In this document: positions 13,698 through 26,028 of the stretch, piece after piece
Layout: each line of letters begins with the position of its first letter
Position numbering within the stretch: the stretch's first letter is position 1
From: Tubulanus polymorphus
Taxonomy: Eukaryota > Animalia > Nemertea
Direction of reading: 5' to 3'
Assembly (NCBI RefSeq): GCF_964204645.1
Contig: NC_134026.1
Coordinates: 14,666,150 to 14,730,149, forward strand
Length of the DNA: 64,000 bases
Program-made: the position numbers and the translations under genes
Notes under the pieces: model-generated
The model's database searches: none
Seen by the model: the letters and a program-made list of their open reading frames with translations, nothing else
What the model was told of the DNA's origin: nothing

Positions 13698-15359
13698 ATA
13701 CGGGATAAAGCAAAACAACAATATCTTCCCATACTTCCGTTTTTCTTTTTATAGAAAGTAGTCGGGAGTATCATGAAGTAACAGCGTGATTCTTTCACCA
13801 GCCGCATAATTAATGCAACCCATTGTTCCGACCAAATACGGTTCCGTCTATTCTTAAGTTTATAAAAAGATTTCTGAATGTTTGCCAGATATCGCAGCCG
13901 AAGAACCGAGAAAGAATTATTTTTACACCAGGCTGATTTATGGTCAGCGCTGATAGATCAAAGCATCGAACAACAACCTGCTTACTACATCTTACTACGT
14001 TTGTTGTCTGAAACCATTAATAACCACCAACGCATTCAGGAAATCAACATTACAAACATTTTTAGCTACTACGAAATCTTGCTGCGGATCAATACCATAG
14101 TCCGTCGCCCATCAACGTGTTGACAAACGAAAAGTTGCTCCATGTTTTATACATGAACGTTCAAATAAGATATTTTGTGTCTTGCAGGGAATACTGAGCA
14201 TAGTGTTTAAGTTGGCTTGCACGGTTTGTGAATGGGTTTTCCTCATTATGCTGCCTGTATGCATTAAAAATCCGGATTTCAAGCGAATTAATTTGTCCAA
14301 CAAGTGGAAGTATACTCCACACATACTGTCCATGCATGTCTCTGTAACCGAAGGTAGAGACTAAAACACAGTTTAGGACTCGGCAGCGGACACCGGCCCG
14401 GAAAATATTTCAAAACGTGTATTGTCGGTACCTAGCACGATTTCAGCGTTTTTCGGGAATTCCCTGAAATTTCGGCGTTTTTATTTCAGCGTTTCAGCGT
14501 TTCAATGATTCAGCTTTTTCAGCGAAGTTCAGGAACCGGTTAGGCGATAATCACTCTTTATGATTTCGACAAAGCACTTAATAAGGTACAACATCAGCCA
14601 TTACTAAACAAGGCTATTAGGAAACAGTATCAATGATAGGTTGCCGAAATGGCTCAGCATTATCTCTGAACGAAAACTTGTAGCCGAAATCAACGGAACG
14701 CTTCATCTTGGATTAAGTCGGTCTAACTAGTCGAGTCACGCAAGGTAGTATCCTAAGTCGTCTTCTGTTTAATGTCCTGACAAATGACATACACAGTAAT
14801 CCAAAATATACCAGACCGAGTAAATTTCCAAAACGACCTTAACACGCTGTTCGACCAAAAAACGTAATGATCCGACAAGAAAATCTTGTACGCTTTTTGT
14901 TTGAACCAAAACTTTTCTTCATTCTGAAAGCTTTGTTATTGTTGAAATGAAAAACTTTTTGTCCCGGCAAAAAATTTGGTTGAGCGAAAACAATTTTTTC
15001 GAACGAATGTTTGAATGAAAACAATTCTGTTCGGTTGAACGAAATACTTAATACTTTTGGTTCGGAGAAAAAACTTTTTACAATATACTTGTTCGAACGA
15101 AAAACTTAATGTTCTGAAAAGAAAATTCTGATCAAATTCAAACGATTCTGTTCAATCGAACAATTGTTCGAACAAAAAACCTTTCGTTTGGACAAAAAAA
15201 GTTTGTTCAACTTTTTTCTAACGTTTTTTTCGAATTGGTTCAATCGAACAGAATATTGTTGGTTGGAACGAAATAAATTTTGTTCCGACAAAAGAATTTT
15301 CAAGCGAAAGGTCTTTTGAACGAAAAAAAAGATATTTCTGGGGCTCCGCAGTAACTTAA

Positions 15360-15687
15360 AGCCGGACGTAGGTCAGCCTTGTGACGCGATGCGATCCTCG
15401 CGTTGCATCGCAAGTTTCGGTGCAAGTCGGTTGCGATACGATTGTCAGCGACTGTGTGCGACTAGTTTCTGCCAGTCGCAAGAGCGCGTCGGTTGGTTGT
15501 GACAGTCGTGTCGCGTCGCAGAAAGTAGAACACATGCGACTCCTTGTGACTGGCGTTGCTGAAAGTCGCAACCCGTCCCAAGGGAGCGTAGGTCGATGAG
15601 TCGTTGCGACACAATCGTCGCTGGCGGTCGCAGTGAAAGGCGTCGCAGTGAATCACAAGCCGTCGCAAGGCCGACCTACGCCCTGCT
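15360..15687. mobile_element. PIF/Harbinger-like MITE inside Helentron copy
   Basis: TIR AGCCGGACGTAGGTC with TAA flanks; the counterpart at 21731-22033 has TTA flanks. Confidence 0.7.
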
Positions 15688-16864
15688 TAAATCATAAGAA
15701 ATTAATGAAATACCAGTTTCATTTATGATGAAAAAACTCAAATGAAAAGTCTGGCTTATAAAGCTGTCTGCTCAGACGAAATTTGTAAAAAAAATCTTCA
15801 TTTTTGGCAATAAAATTGATAATTGTGATTGATCGTTGCAAGTCACAACCAGTTAATCACTAATTAACATGCATTTTAATAAATCTTGATTCCTCCTTTA
15901 CAGTGAACTTAGCTTTAACCTAGTAGAAGCTACTAGCCTATGTAGGCCTATGTATATGCGTAGGCCTAAAATCTGGACAGATTGGTCGTAGACCTATTGA
16001 ATAACAACCCACCTAAAAATCTTAAATTTTGTTTTGAAGTTCAATCCAATGAGTCCGTTAATAAACGCAACAATTATACTGTGTTTGTTTAGTAAAGCTC
16101 AGTACCGGTAGGCCTAAAGCCGCGTAAAACTCGATAAACACTTCAAGCGACACAGCGAACGATCCCTTTCCCCCACAGCGAACGCTTACTCCGAATGTCA
16201 AGTGTGAGTCCAGCATACGGAAAGGATTATGTGTTATATACTTGTATTTAGTAAATACCTTGTGCATTTGACAATGATCGGTATGTACTGTAGGAAATAT
16301 AGAGTATTGATGGTATTGATATAGAGTTTGAAGCCCGCGGCCGAATAAAGTAATATATTCTTTTATTTTGATACCTCGTCGACATAACAGCTTTTCTCCG
16401 CTATATCTTTTCGGCATGTTTAGTTTAGGCCTACGATTCCCCGGTACACTAAAGATTTATCTTAGTAAATACACGGTTAATTCGGTAAAGAAAAAGAGGT
16501 ATTGTTAAACTAACTCCTTGAAACCCGCAGCCAAATCACTGGTAGTAATAAAGTAATTTGTACTCGATTTGATTCTCATGATGAGGAGAAACTCGCAGCT
16601 GATCCCCGGAACGCGATGTAGTAACACACGTCGATTCGTCGATGTTTACGGCTCGACAGTGCTTTTAAAATCTAAAGTAGTAAATTTCCAGTGTATCGGT
16701 AATATGATCTGATGAGGAAAATGGGCTATTGTTAAAATCACTGTTTGAAGACCGCGACTGAATTTGAAGTCTGCGGCAATAAATTAGTTCATTTATACTT
16801 GAATTGATAATCGAAGTGACAGTCGGCCTGCGGGTTGATTTCGGGATGACGACTCGAAAAACAT

Positions 16865-17187
16865 TAGGGTTTTCTGTGATGTAAGAGAAAACCCTAATAA
16901 TAATAATAATAATAAGAAACACGCGAATCTCAATAGGGTTTTCTGTGATGTAACAGAAAACCCTAATAATCACGCGGATATCAATAGGGTTTTCTGTGAA
17001 ATAACAGAAAACCCTAATAATAATAAGAAACACGCGAATCTCAATAGGGTTTTCTGTGATGTAACAGAAAACCCTAATAAGAAACACGCGAATCTCAATA
17101 GGGTGTTCTGTGATGTAACAGAAAACCCTAATAAGAAGAAACACGCGAATCTCAATAGGGTTTTCTGTGATGTAACAGAAAACCCTA
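16865..17187. repeat. Six stacked copies of the palindromic Helentron terminus
   Basis: TAGGGTTTTCTGTGATGTAACAGAAAACCCTA x6 (minor variants), separated by (AAT)n-AAGAAACACGCGAATCTCAA or CACGCGGATATCAA. Confidence 0.9.
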
Positions 17188-17192
17188 AATAT

Positions 17193-17830
17193 AATACCCC
17201 TTATGTCTTTATTGTCTTTAGTACTTTTAGTACTTTAAGTACATAAAGAATAAATCTCTATATTATAAGTAGTGAATAAAATTATTTTAAAAACTACTAA
17301 ACTACTAGAGATAATAAAGACATTAATATATATATATATATTACTGTTTCAATAATTATATTTATTCATATGATGGATTTTATATATTACTGTTTCAATA
17401 ATAACGTTTATTTATCACACATTTATTATATATTACTGTTTCAATAATGATAAATATCATAGATTTATCATATATAAAAATTATTTATATATTAATTTTT
17501 CTAAGTACTAATAAAATAAAGATATATTCTTTATGTACTAAAACTACTAAAAGTACTAAAGATAATAAAGACATAACAAACACACATAGATGTATTATAT
17601 ATATATTTGATTCAGTAATAAATATCATAGATTTATTTATCTCACAGATTTATTATATATATTTGATTCAGTAATGATAAATCTATGTGTGTTTGTTATG
17701 TCTCTATTGTCTTTATTGTCTTTAGTAGCTTTGAAAATAATTTTATTCACTACTTATAATATAAAGATTTATTCTTTATGTACTAAAAGTACTAAAAGTA
17801 CTAAAGATAATAAAGACACAAGAAGGTATT
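17193..17830. repeat. AT-rich ~640-bp inverted repeat (foldback) downstream of decayed Polinton ATPase
   Basis: 17204-17290 is the reverse complement of ~17735-17817; internal sub-repeats. Confidence 0.75.
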
Positions 17831-17859
17831 AATTTGAAATAATTTAAATTATTCTAATT

Positions 17860-18472
17860 TTATTTTATAAACTTATATTCATATGGAAATTGAAGCCTCA
17901 GTAATAATTTTGAACCTTTATTATTCTTTAATTTATTCATATATTCATCATGTAATTCAGTAGGTATAATTTGATTTTCTTCCAATGATTGTTGCATAGA
18001 TTTTCTATCTTCATTGTAGAATAAAACTAGAAATCTTATATTCTCCCTAAAGTCTTTAACAATTGAATTATATTTTTGATTTAAAACCCATGTTGTTATC
18101 CCAAAATGTCTCCCAGAGAAAGCTAGATAAAATAACTCACTTTCTCTCACTTTTGAATCATGTTAATTTGCGCAATCATCTATAATGAATAATGTATTTG
18201 ATCCTTTATAAATATCAATTGCTATTTTAATACAATTATACAAATTTTTCTTTTACTCTTTTAGGATCTAATATAATAAACTTTTTTATTTCAACTATAT
18301 CCCTATTATATGTTTTATTCATTTCATAAGTAGGACAGAATAATATCATATTATCAAAATGATTGTTATAAATAGTTTCTAACGAGTCTAATATGAAATG
18401 TGTTTTACCACAGTTTGTTACTCCAGTAACTAACATATTATGCGGTTCAAATATAAATAAATCTCCGATTCA
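17860..18472 (-). pseudogene. Decayed Polinton packaging ATPase
   Basis: Fragments MLVTGVTNCGKTHFILD and FSGRHFGITTWVLNQKY nearly identical to 53408-54022; frameshifted. Confidence 0.9.
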
Positions 18473-18480
18473 TCATACCC

Positions 18481-19498
18481 TTAATATTTCACCAAAGAAT
18501 ACTTTTTTCCTATAAGAGTTTTTGTTTTCAACACTTTTTCTATTTTATATTCTATTTCATCCGAGTTTGGTACAAGTGATAATTCTTGTTCATAAAAATA
18601 ACCTAATACTTCTTCATCTTTCAAATCTTCTAATTTATAAACAAAAGGTTTAGTTAATATTATCTTTTTGATTTTAAATATTTCTTCAGGATGATTTGGA
18701 GTATAACCTTTATAAAATGTTTTCCGATATTTAGATATTCTAACGTGTTGTCCTATCTTAAATTTAGGTTCTCCAAAATCATGTGTAACAAATGCTCCAT
18801 ATAGATTATTCCAAACTATTTCTGAATTATCTTCTCTTCTAGCTTGTATCAGTTTCATATTTATAGAACTATGTTTAGAATAATTATAACCTTTCACTAA
18901 ATCATCGAACACATCGATATATCTATATGTTTCATTAGCGGTAAAGTATTTCCACATTCTAGTTTTCAATGTTTTATTAAATCTTTCTATAATAGATGCT
19001 TTTTTATCTGAGTGCGTTGAAAATTACATCGTTATCAGATAATAGTTTTTAAAAATGTTTATTATAAGATTCCTTACCTTCATCGAGTTGTATCTTACCT
19101 GGAATAGCTTCTTTAAATATTGATTTGAATGCATTAGTAACTTCTATACCAGTTTTATTTTTGATTGGATTTGACCATGCGTATCTACTGAATATGTCTA
19201 TAACATTTAATATCCAGAAATATCCTTTGTTGTATTCCTCTAAGTTCTTCATGTCTATTAAATCTGCTTGCCATTGTTGATCAATATATGAAACCATAAC
19301 TTTTCTTGTTAAATAATTTTTATCCATTTTCTTGTGGATTTGATATGTGGGTTGGTTTTGTAACCATAATTTTAATTCACTATATTTTATATTTTATTTA
19401 TCAGATTTAATTTTATCCCATAATTCTGAAATACTAGAATATGATACTTCACTCTCTGGGCTATAATGTAAATCTCTTAGATATTGTTCTTTTTTCAT
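18481..19498 (-). pseudogene. Decayed Polinton rve integrase
   Basis: WQADLIDM, VIDIFSRYAW and the C-terminal block match 52300-53415; frameshifts and stops. Confidence 0.9.
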
Positions 19499-19507
19499 CT
19501 TATTTTA

Positions 19508-19873
19508 ATCCATTAATAATAATCTTGGTTTATTTTCAATGACTTTATCATTTGACTTATTTTCTGGTATAATAGGTTTATAATCATCGGAATCATCTTT
19601 ATCAGCAGATTTCTACTTATATTTATACGTTACGCCAGAAAATATAATAACTGTTACTTATCCAATTGTAATATATAATTTATTGTTACTTCCACTATTA
19701 GAGGAATTATATGGATTATCATTCGAATTAATATCAGATAATTTCTGTGATTCATTTATATCAGTTAATTCCTTTTTCTTAGCTCTTTTCAATTCTGAAG
19801 ATCTTTTACCCAACTCCCTTGCCCATTCAATTTGTTTCTCAGATCTAGGCTTCTTCTTAACATCATCACTCAT
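19508..19873 (-). pseudogene. Decayed homolog of Polinton 124-aa ORF (51922-52296)
   Basis: MSDDVKKKPRSEKQIEWARELGKRS matches 51922-52296; lacks the AVRHPHG insert. Confidence 0.85.
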
Positions 19874-21311
19874 TTATTAGGGTTTTCTGTTACATCACAG
19901 AAAACCCTATTGAGATTCGCGTGTTTCTTCTTATTATTATTTTATGTCACACTATTTTCACTAAAAGAACTAAGGCTTTGTTACCTTGCCGCTGTTGTCG
20001 ATACAATCCGTATGATATCGTTCAGCTCACTGAGATCTACAAATACTCCGCGTGTTTTTTCACGAATCATCGTTACAAAAGCACTGTCGGGCCGTAAACA
20101 TCGAAAATTTAGCCCCATTCAATGGGGCGACATGTTTTTCGAGTCGTCATCCCGAAATCAACCCGCTGGCCGATTGTCACTTCGATTATCAATTCAAGTA
20201 TAAATGAACTAATTTATTGGCGCAGACTTCACATTCAGCCGCGTTCTTCAAACAGTAATTTTAACAATAGCCCATTTTCCTCATCAAATCGTATTACCGA
20301 TACACAGGAAATTTACTACTTTAGATTTTAAAAGCACTGTCGAGCCGTAAACATCGACGAATCGACGTGTATCACTACATCGTCGTTCCGGGGATCAGCT
20401 GCGAGTTTCTCCTCATCATGAGAATCAAATCGAGTACAAATTAATTTATTACTACCAGTGATTTGGCTGCGGGTTTCAAGGAGTTGATTTAACAATACCT
20501 ATTTTTCTTTACCAAATTAACCGTGTATTTACTAAGATAAATCTTTAGTGTACCGGGGAGTCGTAGGCCTAAACTAAACACGCCGAAGAGATATAGCGGA
20601 GAAAAGCTGTTATGTCAACGAGGTATCAAAATAAAAGAATATATTACTTTATTCGGCCGCGGGATTCAACCTCTATATCAATACCATCAATACTCTATAT
20701 TTCCTACAGTACATACCGATCATTGTCAAATGCACAAGGTACTTACTAAATACAAGTATATAACACACTTCTATCCGTATGCTTGACTCACACTTGACAT
20801 TCGGAGTAAGCGTTCGCTGTGGGGGAAAGGAGATCGTTCGCTGTGTCGCTTGAAGATTTTATCGAGTTTTACGCGACCTTAAGGCTTTAGGCCTACCGGT
20901 ACTGAGCTTTACTGTCTCAAACAAACACAATATAATTGTTGCGCTTATTAACGGACTCATTGGATTGGACTTCAAATCAAAATTTACGATATTTAGGAGG
21001 GTCGTTATTCAATAGGCCTACGACCAATATGTCCGGATGTTAGGCCTACGTATATACATAGGCCTACATAGGCTAGTAGCCTCTACTAGGTTAAAGCTAA
21101 GTTCACTGTCAAGGAGGAATCAGATTTATTAAAATGCATGTTAATTAGTGATTAACTGGTTCTGACTTGCAACGATCAATCACAATTATCAATTTTATTG
21201 GCAAAAAAGTCGAAAATTTCGTCTGAGCAGACATCTTAATAAGCCAGACTTTTCATCTGCGTTTTTTTCATCATAAATGAAACTGGTATTTCATTAATTG
21301 CTAATGACTTC

Positions 21312-21724
21312 GAGCGAGCGGTGTGGGCGAGTGGTTAGAGCGTTCGACTCTGGGAAGCCAGGTCGTGTGTTCGAGCCCCGTACATTACCATAGTGTCCTC
21401 GGGCAAGACACTTATCCTCATTGCCTCTCTCCACCCGGGGGGAAATGGGTAGATGACTCTTGAGCGCCTAGTAGCTGCTCGGATGTTACTTCTCCCTAAG
21501 GAGAGATGACTGAAACATGAATAGAGTTAAAGGCTGGGGGTAATAATACCAAAAATTTGGAGCGCCTAGTAGCTGCTCGGATGTTACTTCTCCCTAAGGA
21601 GAGATGACTGAAACATGAATAGAGTTGAAGGCTGAGGGTAGTAGTACCAAAAATTTGGAGCGCATTTGAACAGACTAGGTTTGGATACGCACTATATAAA
21701 TGACAGTTATTATTATTATTATTA
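21312..21724 (+). mobile_element. tRNA-derived SINE with CORE-like domain and L2-type tail
   Basis: A box TGGGCGAGTGG, B box GTTCGAGCC, CORE-like GTGTCCTCGGGCAAGACACTT, tail GCACTATATAAATGACAG(TTA)n; 98-bp internal tandem duplication at 21462-21657; absent from copy D. Confidence 0.8.
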
Positions 21725-21730
21725 CTTTTA

Positions 21731-22033
21731 AGCCGGACGTAGGTCGGCTTTGCGACGGCTTGTGACTCACTGCGACGCCATTCACTGCGACTCATCGACC
21801 TACGCTCCCTTGCAACGGGTTGGAACTGTCAGCAACGCCAGTCACAAGGAGTCGCACGTGTTCGACTTTCTTCGACGCGACACGACTGTCACAACTGACC
21901 TACGCGCTCTTGCAACTGGCAGAAACTACAGTCGCAAACAGTTGCTGACAATCGTATCGCAACCGACTTGCACCGAAACTTGCGATGCAACGCAATGATC
22001 GCATCGCGTCGCATGGCCAACCTACGTCCGGCT
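21731..22033. mobile_element. PIF/Harbinger-like MITE
   Basis: TIR AGCCGGACGTAGG / CCTACGTCCGGCT, TTA TSD. Confidence 0.8.
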
Positions 22034-22928
22034 TTAAGTTACTGCGGAGCCCCAGAAATATCTTTTTTTTCGTTCAAAAGACCTTTCGCTTGAAAATTTT
22101 TTCATCGGAACAAAATTTATTTCGTTCGAACTAATAATATTCTGTTCGATTGAACAAATTTGAAACAATCGTTAGAACAAAGCTGAACAAACTTTTTTTG
22201 TGTCCAAACGAAAGGTTTTCGTTTGAACAATCGTTCGATCGAACAGGATCGTTTTAATTTGAACAGAATTTTCTTGTCAGCGCATTAAGTTTTTCGTTCG
22301 AACAAGTATATTGTAAAAAGTTTCTGAACCAAAAGTATTAAGTATTTCGTTCAATCGAACAGAATTGTTTTCATTCAAACGTTCGTTCGAAATTGTTTTC
22401 GCTCAACCAAATTTTTTGCCGGGACAGAAAGTTTTCATTTCAACAAAAACATAGCTTTTTATTGGAATATATTTTTTGTCAGAATGAAGAAAAGTTTTGG
22501 TTCAAACAAAAAGTGTATTGCTCGATCAAACAGAATTGTTTGCATTCGAACAAGATTTTCTTGTCGAAACATTAAGTTTTTTGGTCGAACGGCGTGTTAA
22601 GGTCGTTTTGGAAATTTACTCGGTCTGGTATATTTCATTTGTTAGGACATTAAACAAAAGACGACTTAGGATACTACCTTGCGTGACTCCACTAGTTAGA
22701 CCGACTTATTCCAAGATGAAGCGGTTCGTTGATTTCGGCTACAAGTTTTCGTTCAGAGATAACTGCTGAGTCATTTGAGCGACCTTTCATTGATAATATT
22801 TCCTAATAGCCTGTTTAGTAATGGCTGATGTTGTGCCTTATCAAATGCTTTGTCGAAATCCACCGTTGAACAGGATTCTAAGACTTTGCAGAAAACCCGT
22901 TATCGCTGCTTTGCAGCTATATTTTTAG

Positions 22929-23471
22929 TTAATTTTGTTCTGTTTCGATATTTTCTGATTTATTTTTATCTTTGTATTCTATAGGTTTGATGTTAGAAAA
23001 TGTTATAACTCCAGTAGAAATCAATGTCATTATTCCTCCTAATTGAAATGAAGCGTATCCAACCCATTTCTGTAATTCTGTCATAACTAAGTAGTCATTT
23101 TTTAAATCGCTATATAATTTATTTTCATCATCAATTGGTATTATCCGGTAACATAATTTAGAGTAACATTTTACTATTCCATCACTTATAGAATCGTTTA
23201 TTCTAGCTAATCTAGCTTCTTCATATATTGTGAAATGTTTTATTATTTTATCTGGTTTCATGGCATCTAATTCTTGAAAAGTTATAATTTTTCCCAAGAA
23301 ATCCTTAGATTTTCCACCAGCAATCAATAGTTCTAGATGGTGCTTACATGTTAAATAGTATTCCAAATCAATATTATTATCAATATTATTTTCAATTTTG
23401 GTTGGAATATCCTTATTATCACTAATGCCCAAATCATCTAAGGTTTTTTCAATATCAGATTTCTTTGACAT
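22929..23471 (-). CDS. Polinton hypothetical protein (homolog of 51324-51929), still open in the decayed copy
   Basis: CKHHLELLIA...YEEARLARINDSISDG...LQKWVGYASFQLG shared with the 51324 ORF; TAAATG start. Confidence 0.75.
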   Translation of the reverse strand: MSKKSDIEKTLDDLGISDNKDIPTKIENNIDNNIDLEYYLTCKHHLELLIAGGKSKDFLGKIITFQELDAMKPDKIIKHFTIYEEARLARINDSISDGIVKCYSKLCYRIIPIDDENKLYSDLKNDYLVMTELQKWVGYASFQLGGIMTLISTGVITFSNIKPIEYKDKNKSENIETEQN

Positions 23472-23798
23472 TTATATTAGAGAAAAAAGCGAAAAAAAAT
23501 ATTATAAGTATTCTAGCTATTTAAAGTTAAAGAATTTTAAATACTAGCTAGTTGAAGATATTAATTCTTATTCAAATCTTATCAAAATATAAAGTATTCT
23601 CTTTTTGAAAAGAAATAATAGATTTTGAAAAAAATTAAAATAGAAATAATGGCTAGTTGAAGATATATTATTTTTAATGTATTTTATTTGAATTCTATTT
23701 AAAATCTCACTACTTTTGTCTATCTATAGGAGCAGTTAGAATAACTGTCCAGATAAGTCATTTCGGATTCTCGATATTAAATTCCTGTAAACTATTCT

Positions 23799-24572
23799 TC
23801 AACCACTTATCAAAGATTCAACGTATTGTTCATTATTTGGATCATTGTTCCATTGATTAATAAATTTCTTTGCCTTTGTTAACTGTTCTAAATATAACTG
23901 TAAATCTAGTTTGTCATGTTTAATCATATTTTCTTTCTTTTCAAGAGGTCATAAATTCTTCCAATTCCAAATTAACTTTTTATCATATTCATCATTCATG
24001 TCAAATTTAGAAATAGGCAACATATGATCAATGTGGAAATATTCACCATTATTATTAATATTCATTTTATCGTCAAACTGATATATAATCCATGATTTTA
24101 AAAATTCATCCGAACAATCTAGTAAATAAGATAGTGTTTCTGAGTGACTATCTTTGCTGAATAATTTCGATATTTTAGATCTTGAACATTTTTTCAATTT
24201 GTAATTAAAATCTGTTTGATATCTTTCTTTCTTATAATTATTTTGATATGCTTTATAATATTCTTTATCACTATCCTTCCATTCTCTCATATGTTCTGTT
24301 ATATAATCTGGGTGATTTTCTCTCCATTGTTTATTATAAGCTTTCCACTTTTCACTATTATCTATATAATAATCTGGAATATTTTCTTGAAATTTTCTAT
24401 TAGTTACTTTTTTACAATTTTTGCGATAACTTTGCTTACCATCTTTCTAAGTCTTATCTTTATAATATTCTGCTAATGATTTATTTATTTTACACTTATA
24501 ACATGTCTTATGATAAATATTTATAACACCATTATTGTTTATATTTATAGTTTGTGATTGTTCTGGCTCCAT
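23799..24572 (-). pseudogene. Decayed Polinton HNH-like endonuclease
   Basis: MEPEQSQTINI start; YFHIDHMLPISKF...WNWKNL matches 50433-51098; disrupted. Confidence 0.85.
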
Positions 24573-24900
24573 TTATAATAAATATTTTTATCAAAATTGA
24601 TTAACTAGAATTTATTCTAACCTTATTGGTTACTAGATGATTGATTACACGTATCACATTTATATATATCTTTTTCATTCTTCAATTCCTCTAATTTATT
24701 TTCTAACATATCATCTTTATATTCTAAGTTTAATTTTCTAAGTATGATTTAGTTTTGCAACGATTATGAGAACCACCCTAGCAGGGGTCGTCTTACTCAA
24801 ATTTGGATCGGAGAGAAAACTAGCCTTAATCTGTCGATACGTAATTTACTACAAGAGCCGAGATGTCGCACATCGATCAAGAGGGCGCATCAAATACACG

Positions 24901-25233
24901 TTAAACAGAATTCTTCCATGCCACCTGGAAACGGCCAAAAATTGCTCGAAGTTTGATAATAATCACGCATTTGATCTGTGAGAAGTCAAAATACCTCGTT
25001 TTGTTAAAACAATGATGTTTAGTGATGTTCGACGATCCACCACACTTCGATACCAAACGACAGCACAGACGGCACACATCAGCCTCTCCGCTACTTCCTG
25101 AACTGACAGATGATATTCGCAGCGAAGCAGAGTCCAGATATACATTTGACACAAAGCTAAACAACTTTCGCCATCCGTTATCCATTTGTGTCTGTATTGC
25201 GTCCGTTGTTTGGATGGTTATATTTGAATACAA
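24901..25233 (-). pseudogene. BED zinc-finger remnant of a hAT (hobo/Hermes-like) transposase
   Basis: W..F...CRLC...GGSSNITKHHC resembles the BED CxxC...TSNLxRHxC pattern. Confidence 0.4.
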
Positions 25234-25700
25234 TACTTTCTTTACCTTTCCACTGGAGATGACCGGCTTCAGTCACAGCAAATTGGTCTTCATTAATTAG
25301 TTTTATTAGAAGGGTTTGCGCCTCTCCCTTCCACAGAAAAATAGGACGGGTCGTTGCGACAGGGGTACAATTCCCCCCTGCACAGGAAAGGATATAATAA
25401 AATATGAATGTCCAAAAGAAAAATCCGAAAGTAATAATGTATCAATTGTCAAGGGAAAAAGAATATGATATTCTACTAATGAATAATTTCATTCTGGTAA
25501 TGTAAAAGTTTTTTTTTGTTTATATATAATATCAATTGTGTGTAGCGAGAGCGAGAGCAAGAGCCACGTTTTAGTAGTGTTTAAGAGTCACATTTTTAGT
25601 AGTGTTTAAAAAAAGAGATGAATGCATTTTTAATATTAGCGAAAGTAATTACGAATGGCCCCGGTTGTATTCAAAGTTGGAATAATTAGTAATGTATTAA

Positions 25701-26028
25701 CCCATTAGCCCTCAAGCCACCCGTATCCGCCCGGCCTATTACTCCTACAGCCGCCCGAATCCGCCCTATGACCGAATAGCTTATGATAAACTAGACACCC
25801 AAGTACTCGGAATTCCGTACAGAAATGAACATCTTCCTATTTGGCCCACCTTATCAAATCTTATACCATATGAAAGCCTTGACTATTTATTACGAAATAA
25901 CAAAAACTCGTAATACATGAAATTAATCAGCGAATGAGCTATTCTGTATCCTAATAGAAGTGGATTTTCCCTTGAATTTTCCGAGGAGTAATAGACACTA
26001 CTTAGTGAAATTCCTGAGTGCTAATGGG
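25701..26028. mobile_element. piggyBac-like MITE
   Basis: TTAA TSD on both sides; TIR CCCATTAGCCCTCA / TGAGTGCTAATGGG. Confidence 0.85.

Larger units (their letters stand above)
10127..14538. mobile_element. Non-autonomous Mutator/MULE-like DNA transposon
   Basis: Long (~170 bp) imperfect TIRs starting CGGTTCCTGAACTTCGCTGAAAAAGCTGAA; exact 9-bp TSD GTTAGGCGA at 10118-10126 and 14539-14547; no transposase ORF. Confidence 0.75.
9953..17188 (-). mobile_element. Composite Helentron/DINE-like element copy D, interrupted by MULE-like insertion
   Basis: Hairpin terminus at 9953; sequence resumes after 14547 with RT scrap, TTCGAA module, MITE and core; ends in stacked palindromic termini. Confidence 0.65.
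19876..22924 (+). mobile_element. Full-length composite Helentron/DINE-like element inserted between two Polinton genes
   Basis: Starts (T)ATTAGGGTTTTCTGTTACATCACAGAAAACCCTATTG and ends CAGAAAACCCGTTATCGCTGCTTTGCAGCTATATT; T-rich target, no TSD; the flanks rejoin to the Polinton intergenic sequence seen at 51900-51930. Confidence 0.8.

Noticed and set aside
16865-17187. CRISPR-like array of ~32-bp palindromic repeats
   Set aside because: Spacers are near-identical and short, there are no cas genes, the context is eukaryotic, and the repeats equal the Helentron terminus
21312-21385. tRNA gene
   Set aside because: A/B boxes are present but there is no full cloverleaf, and it continues into a SINE body and tail
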